NCBI GenBank assembly: GCA_037379345.1
Contig: CM074511.1
Span: 16,492,001-16,556,000 of the forward strand
Origin: Perna viridis
Taxonomy: Eukaryota
Reading direction: 5' to 3'
DNA length: 64,000 nucleotides
Below the pieces are notes generated by a model, which worked only from the letters and a program-made list of their open reading frames with translations, had not been told where the DNA came from and ran no database searches. Below are positions 12,306 through 24,802 of this stretch, in pieces. Every line of letters begins with the position of its first letter. Position 1 is the first letter of the stretch. Both the position numbers and the translations under genes were made by a program.

Positions 12306-15300
12306 TACAGTAAATTCCGCTGCTGTTATTTCTCTTGATTTTGCCATCTTTAGTCTTTAATTGGATCCACATACACATATACGCAGCCGTCCCATCAGAT
12401 AACGAAATCCTTCGTTGAAAATAAGATCTAGGGATTGCAATTGTGGCAGCTTTCTGAATATCGCTAGCTATTTGGAGCCATGTATCTCTCAAACTGTCTG
12501 ATATCGGTTCATCCCAATTGAGTCCACATTTCCATAATTCTTAGATAAATGTTTTAGATCTGATTATATGGGTAACAAGTCCTAGCGGATCATATATCTG
12601 GGTGCTGTGTCTCAAGATTTCTCGTTTCGTAACTTTGTCGTTACTTTCTAATTTGAATGTCCGTGGTGGATACGTGATGTTGTCAGTTGTACTGTTCCAA
12701 AGTATTCAAAATACTTTTGTGGGTTGATCTTTGTCTAATACATCCTGACCTTTTGCTAATTACCTATTTTCTTGATCTTAGATTGAATTCAGCTATTGCC
12801 ATCATTTTTCTCGCTTCGATGAAATTCTATGTATCATCGGTTTCGTCTCGCACGCTTGAAATGATATTTTCCACATACATATCTCTCTCCACGATTTCTG
12901 CCGTTTCGGTCTTGCTCAACTGTAAATGTACGGTTGCACTCAGAATAAATGGTGAGCACGTTGCTCCGGATAACACGGATTTAAACCTGTACGTCTGGAG
13001 TGGGCTGTTCGAATTGGACAGATTACTGAGTCATAGGAATCGTGTGGCGTCTCTGTCTGCTTTGTTCAATCCAACATGTAGGACAGCTTTCTCGATATTG
13101 TTTGTGATAGCAACTGGGTTCGCTCGAAATCGCAGCAATATTTTGGTCAAATCGTTCAACTCGGGTGGGGTGTCCATCAAACAATCACTTAGACTCGGGT
13201 GGTTTGGTGACTGACGACTACAGTCGTACACTATTCTGATCGGGGTAGTAGCTGAACCTTTATATATTGGGTGGTGGGGTATATAATGTATATAATGAAC
13301 TTTGGGTGCGTTCGACTTTATGTCACTCATTTTTGGCTTCCTTGTTGTTTATGCCAATTGACTCAAGATTCCAAAATTTCTTATGTTTTGCTCATCGATC
13401 TTGTGCGATATTATTACGTTGAGCATGCTAGTTGTCGCTGATCTGCATTTTTGATTACGAGTTACTTTCACTGGTCCTGATAACAAGTAGCCAATCTTTG
13501 ATTTCACGGCTGTTGGGCCATTACCTCTGACAATGCAACTTTCCACGATGTCTCTATAATAGTCGACGCCTATTAATAGCTCGATTTCAAATGATTCTTG
13601 ATTCTCATGGTAATGGGATGTGCTAGCTTCAATCCACGCAATTATTCATGGTTATTTTCAATTTTGCGTGTGTAGTATTGTAATGGCATAGCTATCTTTG
13701 GTATTATCAATACTTTGATTGGTAAGTTTTGTCAAATATCGTTTACAAGTACACTGTTGTGGTATCTAAATTCCTAGTATTTTGTCTCCGCCGCCGAAAG
13801 AAGCTTAGCTTCTTTTCAATGGTACTCTGTTACGAATGATCGCTGTGCTCCCTCGTCGAACAAAATGTTAGTATCTATATAAATCTGGTAGAATCATACT
13901 GGCAATACCGCTGTATTAAGAATTATGCTGTCTCGAAACTTGGAGGTCAGAGAGTACGATACACTTGTGTCGCAACTTTCAGCTTTACGGGAGCGTTTTT
14001 GTGTTGTGGTCCTTGGTCTCTGTGGGTCATTTGTATTTGTTATATTGTTTCTGTGTGTTATCTGCACCCTTGTATGTACAAATGCTTATGTGGTGTTTCT
14101 TCTTGCAGTTTCTACACGTTAACTTCGATTTGCATTCATTCACTCCATGGTTGCAGAGACAGTTAAAGAATAGTTATTCTCTCTTTACAGTAGTATAGGT
14201 GCTGATACATGTTTAACTTTGGTGCAGTGGATCGAGTGCGTTTCATGACAGAAAATACATGGGCGATTCTCTACTTTTTGTGGTCGTGGAATGTACCTAT
14301 TCTGATTTTGGCGTGGCTTTGAACTTGCTCCAGCTACTAAAGATGACATGATTGGTATATTTTGGCGTTCATCGGGTCTTGTCCTGGTCCATAATTTTAA
14401 TCTCCAACATTAAACTACGTCTAAGGTCGCTGAGTACCCGTGTACTAGTTCCGTGTACTCTGCGTAGAAGGATTTCATACTTCGAATTTCATTTCTGGGT
14501 TGTGGTATTTTAGAGATTCTAGATACGTGCTGACAACTTTTTCATTGTTTCCGAATTCGTCTTTTAATACGCTTATAGCCTCTTCGTAATTAACATTCGT
14601 GAGCGCAAAACCTGAGATTGATTGAAGGGCTTTATTTTTGAGTTGAGCTTTGCGGTAGTTGAACTTCTGTACATTTGTGAGTGATATGTTGAGATGGACG
14701 GCTGATTCGAACGAATCCCACAAAGCTTGCCACTCGAGAATTTCGGAAGTGTTAGCTATGGAAGGCGATGACTATCGTTACTACTACGACTAAAATTTGA
14801 CCACACTCGGGTGTGGATCATTGATTTGTAGGTGTCACGGGAAGGTCCATTTAGCTTTCCGTATTTTTGGTTTTATTTAATTAAAACATGATATACATTT
14901 TATCCAAGTTATTTCATTCATTAATCATTCATTAAATCATCAGTTCATATTAACTGACGGACCAAATTTAAAAGTCAAACGCACCTTAATTTGAATGCAC
15001 TCGTGCATGAAAAATATCACCTGTTTACTGACTGCCTCTCACACCTGTAGTCATTACATTGTATGCGCATACGTGGAACAGAGTGGACAGTTCCCTGTAT
15101 TTTCAGGTTAGTCAATTATAAATATAAAAAATGTTCGGAATTATTTAATAGTTCAATACGAGAAATGTTAAGCTCGCTATTGTAATATTATATTACAAAG
15201 TTGATTAATTGTATGTTCAGAATAAAAAAAAATATACAAGACGACATTTTTCTTAATGCCACAAAATACCCGACGACATAGGTGCTGATTCTGATACTAA

Positions 15301-16670
15301 TGTGAGTAGGAAGAAGGGACGAATGGGAGTGTCTCTGCTATGAGTGTGTGAATGCGAGAGCTCATGAGGGCGTGGTGTAGTAGTAGGCTGGAGGTTTTCA
15401 ATGAACTTATGCATGCTTTATATTGGTTTGCTGCTCGTATGGACTTAATTTTTTCTAACTCCATGGTTTGTAGTTAGGGGGCGTTTTAGGCTGGATAGAA
15501 TACAATAGTGTAGGTTTATCGTTTATCGAGATCCTTTACTTCCGCCCACGGCGACGAAAATATTTACATATGCGGACCTTACCTTCCCACAATAATCTCG
15601 ACATCTTTCCAATACAATTTGCCACTTTTATTTATTTTATTTTATTTTTTATTGACCCGAAGCCCTGAGCAAAACTCAACAAAACAACAGAAACCATTTC
15701 AGTAGACCCATAATTACTAGTTATTGCAATATTTTTACATTGGTACTGTTAAAAGAATTAGGATGAATTGTTTGTCCGATAAAAATTATATTCTTTAGGG
15801 GACCATTAATTTTTGTTTTGGTAAAGAAGTGTCAGTATTCAGGAGTTGCGTCAATTGAAGTTTAAATTTATTAAGTTATTTTATTATTATTAAGGACTAA
15901 GATGACTGGACACAAGTTTTTCAACGCAGTGCTAGGTGTCTTATAATAATACTTTATATGTGATGAATTGTTAATGAGCCAAATTGTCTTTTTGTGTCCT
16001 TTTGGAGTACAAGCATTTAGTTCAAGAATTTACTTTTGTTAAATATAAAATTATTGTTTTCTCATTGTCAACAAATTCACGAACGCTTTTTACGCATGGA
16101 AGACTATGGGAGAAAGACCCGGAAAATATTTTAATACACTATATAATGACAGTAACTCCCCAGTGTTACTATTGTAATAAGATGAACTCTTTCAACAGCT
16201 GTTTCAACAGCTAAGTTGCCCAAATCACGTTTAGGGACATTGGATTGCATATGTGCATTCGCATTTATTTGTTTTCCTTTCACTCGGAAATCGTATCATC
16301 GCTTGTTTATATTTTAAAATGTGTATTCACTATAGTGTACCGATTTTTGTGTAAATTTAAATGTATGCATATAAACATTCGATCAGCAACTGACATGATG
16401 AATATACATATGATATATGTGTGGTAAAGGAATGAGTAACAAAATTGCCTAAAAATAGGTCAAATGAAGACAATTCAAGTGGTGGTATATGTTTTTACAA
16501 TACAGCTGGGAATTTTATGTTTGGTTATTGCTACACTTTGACAACACAATACGAGAGGAAGTATTCTTTTTTTTCTTGTTTTTATTTTCCTTATTTTATT
16601 TTGAAACGTGGCTATTTTTTACGCGAAGTATTCGTTTTCTATGTTCGTTTGATAGATTTATCTCTGAACA

Positions 16671-19600
16671 ATGGAAAGCGAAAATGTACCGCTTATTGCG
16701 GAGATACCATCTTCCAAAGAATGTGTAAGAACAAGAATAAAAGTGTTAATGTACGCACTGATGTACAGCTGTGCATTAGCAGTGACAAGAACAATTGAAC
16801 CACAGTATCAATATTTTTATATAAAACACAATTTGTCAAACAATGGAACCGAAAATCACACTCTTCACAATACTTCATCGAATGTCGCGTCTTGTTTAAC
16901 TAATTCTACTTCCTCTGACGATTCAATCGAACAACTTGCTTCAGATAGGTCATGGTACTCTCAAATGGCAGAGGCAGGAATTTCACTTCCTGTTGTGGTA
17001 TTTTCAGGATCTTTAGCCGACCGTATTGGTAGAAAGCCAGTTCTGATGTGGAACTTGATAATTTCAACAATATCGTTCATCATGAAAACTATAATAGTAT
17101 ACAAAAGTTACAACTTATATTTCTACACTCTAGCTTGTGGAGTTCTTGGACTTGCAGGTTCATTCTATACGTATCAAATCACAAACTTTGCCATATTAGC
17201 TGATGTGACGGAGGAAGGCAAAGATAGGTCTTTCTTGATGTCTGCTTTCGATGCCCTTTCGGCTGTAGGGTCAGTAAGTTTTCAAATAGGGACAGGATAC
17301 CTTGTGCAATATCTCGGATTTACTGATCCATACATTATAGCAGCGGGGATGTTTTTAGCTATAACTATTTTTGTTCAGGTTTCATTGACCGATACATGGA
17401 AACCACCTAAAACTAAAACTAAGGTCAAATACTTGAAAATTCCTATAGAATTGTTCTCCTTTTGTCTAGAAAAAGAAAACATGAATCCGAATTCTAGAAA
17501 TCGTCATTTCGTGATGTATATGGTAGCATATTGTCTTTTTTATTTTCCTTTTTGTACTGCAACCGGTATAAGAACATTATTACAGTTAGGACCACCGTTT
17601 TGTTGGACAGCAGAGTACATTGGATGGTACGGTGCTGCCTCAGATTTTATCATGTTCGTAGGTGGAACATTAATACTGAAGATCATTCATACATGTTGCG
17701 TTAATATAAAAGATAGCACCATTTCTTTTTTGGGAAATGTTTCGTGTTTGTCAACATATTTGATGTATGGGTTTTCCACAAATAAATGGATACTGTTTGG
17801 AGGTAGGTTGTTATAGACTTGCGATACGTTATACACTTAATTAGTAAATTTACATAAAATTAGTAAATTTAAATAAAAATGCAGTAAATGTTTGAGATGC
17901 TTATGAGCTAGTAGTTTCTATATGTGTTTGTATTATGTTAAGATCGTAGTTTCTATGTGGATGAATTCAGTCTTTTTTGTGTCAATGTTTGTTTCTGTCT
18001 ATATTTCTATAATAATGATTTTGTTTTGGAAATCAAGTTTTAAACAGTCTTTTACTGTTGGGTTCATTGGATTCTACTTTTAATCATTAACAATAACGAT
18101 CAAAATTTGATTACTTTTAATACAATATTGATGTAGAACTAAAGTTTCAAAGATTTTTTGGGGGGGTATGTATCAGTAGTCAAATTATCCAGCAGCATAT
18201 AAATAATACAAATTTAAAATTCTACAAAACCACTTCGTAGCAAAACTTATATTATTTGAACGACATATCACACGTTTCAACAATAATTAGATTAAAAAAA
18301 GAAACATTGTGACATCATTTGCATGTGTAACAGTTAACAATTTTGCAGTGTTATCAATTAACAGCTGTCGGTACTGGGATGGTTCGTGCCCTTCCATTAT
18401 CATTGGTTAGAGCCTTGATGTCTGAAATGGTCCATCGCGGGAAACAAGGTATGTATCGAACGAAAGTATTTACAGCGTAATGTCTATTTTCAAAACGTTA
18501 TATAGCGGAATTATGGATTTGAAGATAAATAAAAGTGAGTTCAGTATCGACAAATTCAATTAAAATTGCCTTTGATTATTCGGCTATTTCTTATATTAAG
18601 AAAATAGAAAAAAAGGAAAAGAGCGCCTTTGATCGCATGATTTTTGACAAAAAGAAGTTGAAAGCTTGTACCGTGTCAACATATATTACTTTTAAATTAA
18701 TAAAATTGAGCTGAACTGCATCCTTCTTCAGAAATGCGTTTGTGTTCAAACTTTTATAAACAGAATGTAGCTATACTATTTATTCAGTTATTCTGGATAT
18801 GATATAGCTGCATTCTCAAAAACTATTTTAAAAATATTTGCTTCCTATAGATTAACCTAGTTTGAAAAAAAACTATAAGGTCTTCATCATGATCAAATTT
18901 ACCTACATGGATTGTCTGTTTGTAAAATATCTGTAATTGTGTGATGTTCCTCTTTTACCAGACACGCCTTTTCATGATCAAAACGACGAATGTCTTGAAA
19001 GAAGCTGAAACTTTTCATCTTTCCGGAGGACTGCGCTTACCCTGCAGTTCTTAATTGCGTGCGTGTTACTCTTTTCTGTGTGTACTTTGTGGTTCCTATA
19101 TGGATTTTATAACATGTACGTCTGTCGTCTTTTGGTTTTCGTGGCATTGTTTCTTTTTTAACAGATGTCCTAACGTTTGACACCTCGGGATTCATCAATA
19201 TTAAGAACAATGTACAAGATTTGATATTTCCTTTGTCATTATTCTCTATTACAGGGGTTTTGTATTCAACTATTCACGTGATGGAGACAATACTGCGGAT
19301 AGGATCTGTCACTCTCTTTAACAACATTTATCACCATACACTGTCTTTCTACAAGGGGTTTACATTCTTCATAATGGCTGGATTCGTCATGTTGTCTCTG
19401 ATCTTGTTATTGTAAGTATTTCACTTAAACGTTGAGTGGGTTCAAAAATATAAAAAGCACCAATCATTTATATTGCAATTTTCAATAAGCGTTACACGTG
19501 TTTCAAGGAGTTTAACTTCTCATTAGCAGCATTAAAATGAAGTATACGAAGATCTTTATCCACAACATAATTGTTTTCAAGAAGTTCTCAAATCCATTTG

Positions 19601-20150
19601 ACGCATTCAACGATACCAGCATATACATAAAAAAGAGCTTTCCTCATTAACATTAAACAATATTTATTGCACATTTTCATTAGATTTATCTCAAGACATG
19701 TTATAGTCGCTTGATAAGCTGACAACAAAACAATTACAAAAAGATATTGTAAAAATAATTTGCTCCTCTACTTCGGGGCTGTTTAATTTCCATAATGAGT
19801 AAGATTAAAAAAAATCGGTATTACATTTAATAGGTTTAAAAAAATCTGTACGGCTCCGTTTTGCTAGTTACTCATCCTATTTATTTGTAAAGGTACCATT
19901 TTATATTTCCAGTTCTGCAGAAATTTGCACTTACATGTTACATCAGTCATTTAGTACTGCGCTATTAAAATTGCCCCTGTGTTAATTGAAAAATGTGTGT
20001 AGATATTAAATGTAACTTTTTTTCAGATTCCCAATTTGTTCTGTCTCAAATAGAAGCGATAATGGACTGATCATTGAACAAACCGATATACAGAACACCG
20101 ATGGTAGAGACATCAACACAGTCAACTCTTCAGAGGAGGTTACTAATTAG
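16671..20150 (+). CDS. SLC46/PCFT-like MFS transporter, paralog 3. Exons 16671-17802, 18365-18448, 19255-19411, 20027-20150
   Basis: ADRIGRK and LGPPFCW..YIGWY. The 84-bp and 157-bp exons have GT-AG boundaries. The last exon ends EEVTN-stop. Confidence 0.9.
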
Positions 20151-20406
20151 AGAGCATATACCGATATATAGAAGCAACATCAGCACGATCAACCTATCAA
20201 AGAAGGTTCATCTTTATAGAACGCACACCTATAGAAGTAATATCGGCAATATCAACCATTCAAAGAAAGTTCATATTTAAAGACCGCACACCTATAGAAG
20301 TAACATCGGCAATATCAACAATTCAAAGAAAGTTCATATTTATAGACCGCACACCTATGGAAGTAACATCGGCAATATCAACCCTTCAGTTGAGGTTACT
20401 AATTAA
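20104..20406 (+). repeat. 63-bp tandem repeat (about 5 units) spanning the stop codon and 3' UTR of paralog 3
   Basis: TAT(A/G)GAAG(T/C)AA recurs at 20167, 20230, 20293 and 20356. The first and last units both end GAGGTTACTAATTA(G/A). Confidence 0.85.
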
Positions 20407-20941
20407 GGATAAAGATAACAGTGTTTCATACTTATCTATGTATCAATATGTGACATAAATAATTGAGTAACGAATTTATTTCTTCAATTAATTTTCTTGT
20501 TTGAATTATTGTGAATATCTGTGTTATAAAGACTCTATAGAAGTTGAACTGAAGCATGTGTATCTATGGTTCTTTATATCCAACAGTAAAAAGGCGTTTG
20601 CTTTTCAAATTGAAAATCCTTCAAATATCATGTAAAGTTTCACCTTTTACCTGTTTCATTCATACTTCTTTAAATACTTTGATTCGTCTTAATGACCAAA
20701 TAAGATATAAAAACAATATAAAAATACCTCATAGCTTATTATGCATTATTCAAACATTGTATAAGTAGGTCTCGTGAGTGACCCATTTCTAACCCGATTC
20801 GTGTATTGACTTAAGGTAGATATAAATACATGAATCATGATCAATATTGTTCGTTAGACAATTTATATTTACGGTCATGGTATCGTTACCATCATGTGTT
20901 TACTATCTGGAGTGTGAACTTTTCTAGAACGGTGTTCTAAA

Positions 20942-22531
20942 ATGAAGGAACAAGAGCGCCTTATTCAAAAGGAGAAACAGGGTGACAGAGAGAAAACAAC
21001 GAACGAAGTACCAAATTCCTGTTGGAACACACGGGTTAAAGTGTTATTCTATGTCATGATCAATAGCATCGCACTTATGATATCCGGCTCAGCACAAACG
21101 CAGTATATATATGAATATGTGAAAAGGAATGATTTTCCCAATGCGTCGATGCTAACAAATAAAAGTCTTTTCTATTCAGAAGGAAATTCATGCCCAAACA
21201 CGAAGTCTGAAGATGAAAAGCAAATTCAAGCCAAGTCATCAGACTGGTCGTGGTATATAACTTTGATTGAATATGGACTTGCAACTCCGGTCATATTCTT
21301 GGTTGGGCCTATGTCTGACAAGGTAGGACGTAAACCTGTTATTTTGTGGAATCTTGTGCTGATGGTTGTTTCCTTTGCTGTAAAAACAGTTGCTGTTTAT
21401 TTCCAAATGAGTTTATTTATTTTTATGGCTGGGTCTGCCATTGAGGGATTATCGGGTGCTTTCCAAACATTTCACTTGGCAAATCTGTCAATCTTAGCAG
21501 ATCAAACTTCCACAGGAAAGGATAGAACAATCATGATGGCGCTATATGATGCTCTTTTAGGAGTCGGCTCCTTTCTTTCATATGCTGGAGCGGGATATGC
21601 AATACAGCTAGGAGGTTATTGGTTTCCGTTTGCAATGTCCACGGGACTATTTCTTTTCATATTGCTTCTCGTAGGATTCACACTTAATGATTCCCGTAAG
21701 CCAAGTAAAGCATCAGATTTTACTTTAGCGACAATTTCAACATTATTTTTCTCTGTATATTCTAAAAAGAATATCAAATGTAGCAGATATTATATTATAA
21801 TGTATCTGTTAATTTTTCTCGTAAGTCTGCTACCGCTGACCTCTATCACCAATATTACAACACTTTACTCGCTCGGGTTTCCATATTGCTGGAATGCAGT
21901 ACACATCGGATGGTACAACGCCGGAAGCAGTCTAGTTGTTATGGTGATAGGAACAGCCATATTGAAACTTGTCCATATTTGTTATAGTGGTTCTAGTGAT
22001 ACAATATTGCTCATTCTAGGATATTTGTCTACCATTGCTTCATTTGTAGTGCTTGGTTTTGCTAAGAAAGACGATATGATATACGCAGGTACTTAATATA
22101 CGTGTACTTAGTACATTCTATTGAATCACACTTTATTTCCTGTGTACAATTTCAGAGTAAACTGATATTTCGAATATTTGGCAGGTGTAGCAAAGATAAA
22201 AGGAAACCATGGTTACCGACCATGATAAAATAATAAAGCACAACAAAATGTCGATTTCATGATTCTATGGACATCCAGTGTATAATATCGGTTAAGATTA
22301 TTGCGGATTATGCATTAGATATCCCAATTGCTATGAAGTACAATTTCCTTTACATATAACTACATAGGCCATGGTGTGAATGCTTTTCAGAATATCTAAC
22401 TGTTCGTATCCAAGCCCAAACCAAAAAACAAGTATATGTCCACATCGCGTAGGATGTAAAACTACTGTAATAAAATATGCGTATGCAAGTCATCGATAAA
22501 AAACAAAATCGATAAAACCTCAATCATTTCT

Positions 22532-22595
<64 letters not shown>

Positions 22596-23853
22596 TTTTT
22601 TTTACGTTCAAGGCATGGCAGCTGGCGTTTTGAGAATCCTTCCAATCCCGTTGATCAAAGCAATTCTGTCAAGAGCTGTTTTATCAACTAAACAAGGTAA
22701 GCTTCCAGTAACGTAGAGTAAATATAATGTAGGGATCTAATCGAGTATAATGCGTGGATAAGACGTTTTAAAACGACACAAAAGCTGGAAATATTGTAAT
22801 TAATTTAATATTGCGGGAGGTCTTGGAAGACTTTTTCATATCAAAATAGTTATTTACATTATGAAAAGAGTTAATACATGTATATATTTTTTACATTCAT
22901 CAATTCGAGTAATTCAATTTTCATATAGGAAAGGATCAAGATTTTGTCTCCCATCTACAAGATCAAAATATTTATTTTCAAAAAGGTTTGAGACATAATG
23001 ATTATTTTCAAAATGCATGAAAGCCTCCCTTTCAAAATCAATTGGTTGTACCCTTACCTTATTACATACACGGATAACAATAAAAGAAATAAAAATAAAA
23101 CATCGTCTTTGTCTTTGATGTAAATTCCTTCTTCTTTAAGGTGCTTTATTTTCCAATATATACCTAATGGAGGCCGTTTGTCTACTGTTTGGCTCTACCA
23201 TATTTAACAACATTTACCATCAGACGGTGTCCATATACAGTGGGTTGACTTTCTTTGTTATGGCGGGATTTCCACTACTTTCCATCATCCTTCTCTTGTA
23301 AGTATTGCAGTTACAGAAAAATACAACGAAAGTTTCTATCTTACATGTTGTTACTTGTAAGGCTTGTATCGCGTTGGACTATGTTGAGAACATTTTGCGT
23401 TATTTTTTCTAGAGGAAACGAACTCTTTTTTTCAAATAATCAAGCTACGATAAGGTCTATGTTTTGTTATGTGATAAATGTTCCCGTTAGTTATAACATA
23501 TACCTACTCATAAATAATTCAACAGAGGTGTTTACATACAGTAGCTTTCCCAACGTTTTTGTGATTCAGTAATTTTCTGTACAGAAAAGACTTCAGAAAA
23601 CACTTCATACTACTGCATATTTTGTTGTCAATTATAATAATTTAGCATGAACCTTAGATAGACTTCTGCACCACATAAATATCAAAACATTCCTATCAGT
23701 GATATCTATATTTGTAGGTTAGTGATCCAGTTGATGGACAAACCAAATACAGAACAAGAAATTAAAGTAGAACAACCCCCTACAGATACCCATATAATAG
23801 TAGAGAGTGCACACATACAAGATGATTACCACGACGGTTATCAAAAATTCTAA
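20942..23853 (+). CDS. SLC46/PCFT-like MFS transporter, paralog 4. Exons 20942-22088, 22613-22696, 23141-23297, 23718-23853
   Basis: SDKVGRK and LGFPYCW..HIGWY. 84-bp and 157-bp exons. The last exon ends ...HDGYQKF-stop. Confidence 0.9.
22537..22593. repeat. (TA)n microsatellite just upstream of the paralog 4 exon 2 acceptor
   Basis: About 28 perfect TA units. Confidence 0.98.
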
Positions 23854-24802
23854 TGCGAACCAAGAATTATTTTTAAGAATACTCATCTTCTGTAAATATT
23901 TAAAACATTTTAGACATAAATAACTAAAATAACGTAAAAAATGAAATAATCTGATTTTTAAGATTGTTCATATTTGCACACTATTTGAGTTTTATCATTA
24001 CAAAAGACCTTTTGATATGTTTTATTTCAAAATATGTGATGTCCAGCATTTATTTTCTGTTGTAAGCATGCTTATATCTTGTTTTTTTTTTCCTCTGCCG
24101 AAATTTTCCAAATTATTTTTTGTCAACCAATGTTTTTTGAGTGATGGATTCAGTTATCTTCAACTCGAGAAGAACATGCTTGTTTACAAACTCAATGTTA
24201 ACGATCCACAGTTTCCTGTTTTTGATCATTTTTGCACTGCATTGTCAAATTGTTCTTTATCTTGAACCTAATTAATTATCGGTATTGGAAATACATGTAC
24301 TTATAAATGCTAACGGTCAATACATATGACATGGTTATAGTCTACAGGCATTTTGGTCGAACTTGAGAAAGCTCAAATTAGTTTAATTTCTTTATTGGTC
24401 AAAGATGTGTCATATGTTAAAGGTTTTTCTTGGGTACAAAATACAAATTTACGTTTTTGTCAATATAAATATCAAAGCCCATTTACAATAATTTGAGCTT
24501 GTTACTGTTCATACCTGATTGAACATGTACCTTAAACATCCGTAGGCACGTATTTGTTATACATGATTTTTTCTTTTTTTCAAAATTTCTAATCTTGACA
24601 GTATTGTCATAAATGTTCACCATCCAGAAGTCCCATATTTTATCGATAAAGTTTACATATTTTATCATAAAGAACAAAATATGCATCATGTGATAAAAAG
24701 ATATAAATTAAGCACATAAAGATTAGATAATACTCGATTAAAAACAATAACAAGTGTTTTATATGGTACAAACAGTGACTTAGATGAAAGTAAAATTATG
24801 TA

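Larger units (their letters stand above)
9224..14790 (-). mobile_element. Degenerate BEL/Pao LTR retrotransposon (gag-PR-RT-RH-IN), many stops and frameshifts, interrupted at about 10895-12305
   Basis: Gag WDSFESAVH..LTNVQKFNY (14475-14723), Cys/His knuckles near 14080-14290, protease ILFDEGAQRSF near 13835-13867, RT HYIPHHP..TTPIRIVYDCS (13031-13330), GLIRCNGRINN...HEQLL (10220-10555), C-terminal VGDIVQIH..PRVNWKIG..G.DGLIRSA (9308-9544). Confidence 0.9.

Noticed and set aside
12060-12360. Hydrophobic Cys-rich ORFs (also 34140-34361 and 48059-48280)
   Set aside because: Spurious translations of the T/G-rich 3' UTR of the Penelope-like repeat.
12687-13214. 175-aa plus-strand ORF
   Set aside because: Antisense shadow of the BEL reverse transcriptase.
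20160-20406. Regularly spaced repeats resembling a CRISPR array
   Set aside because: The units are contiguous tandem copies with no unique spacers, there are no cas genes, and the context is eukaryotic.
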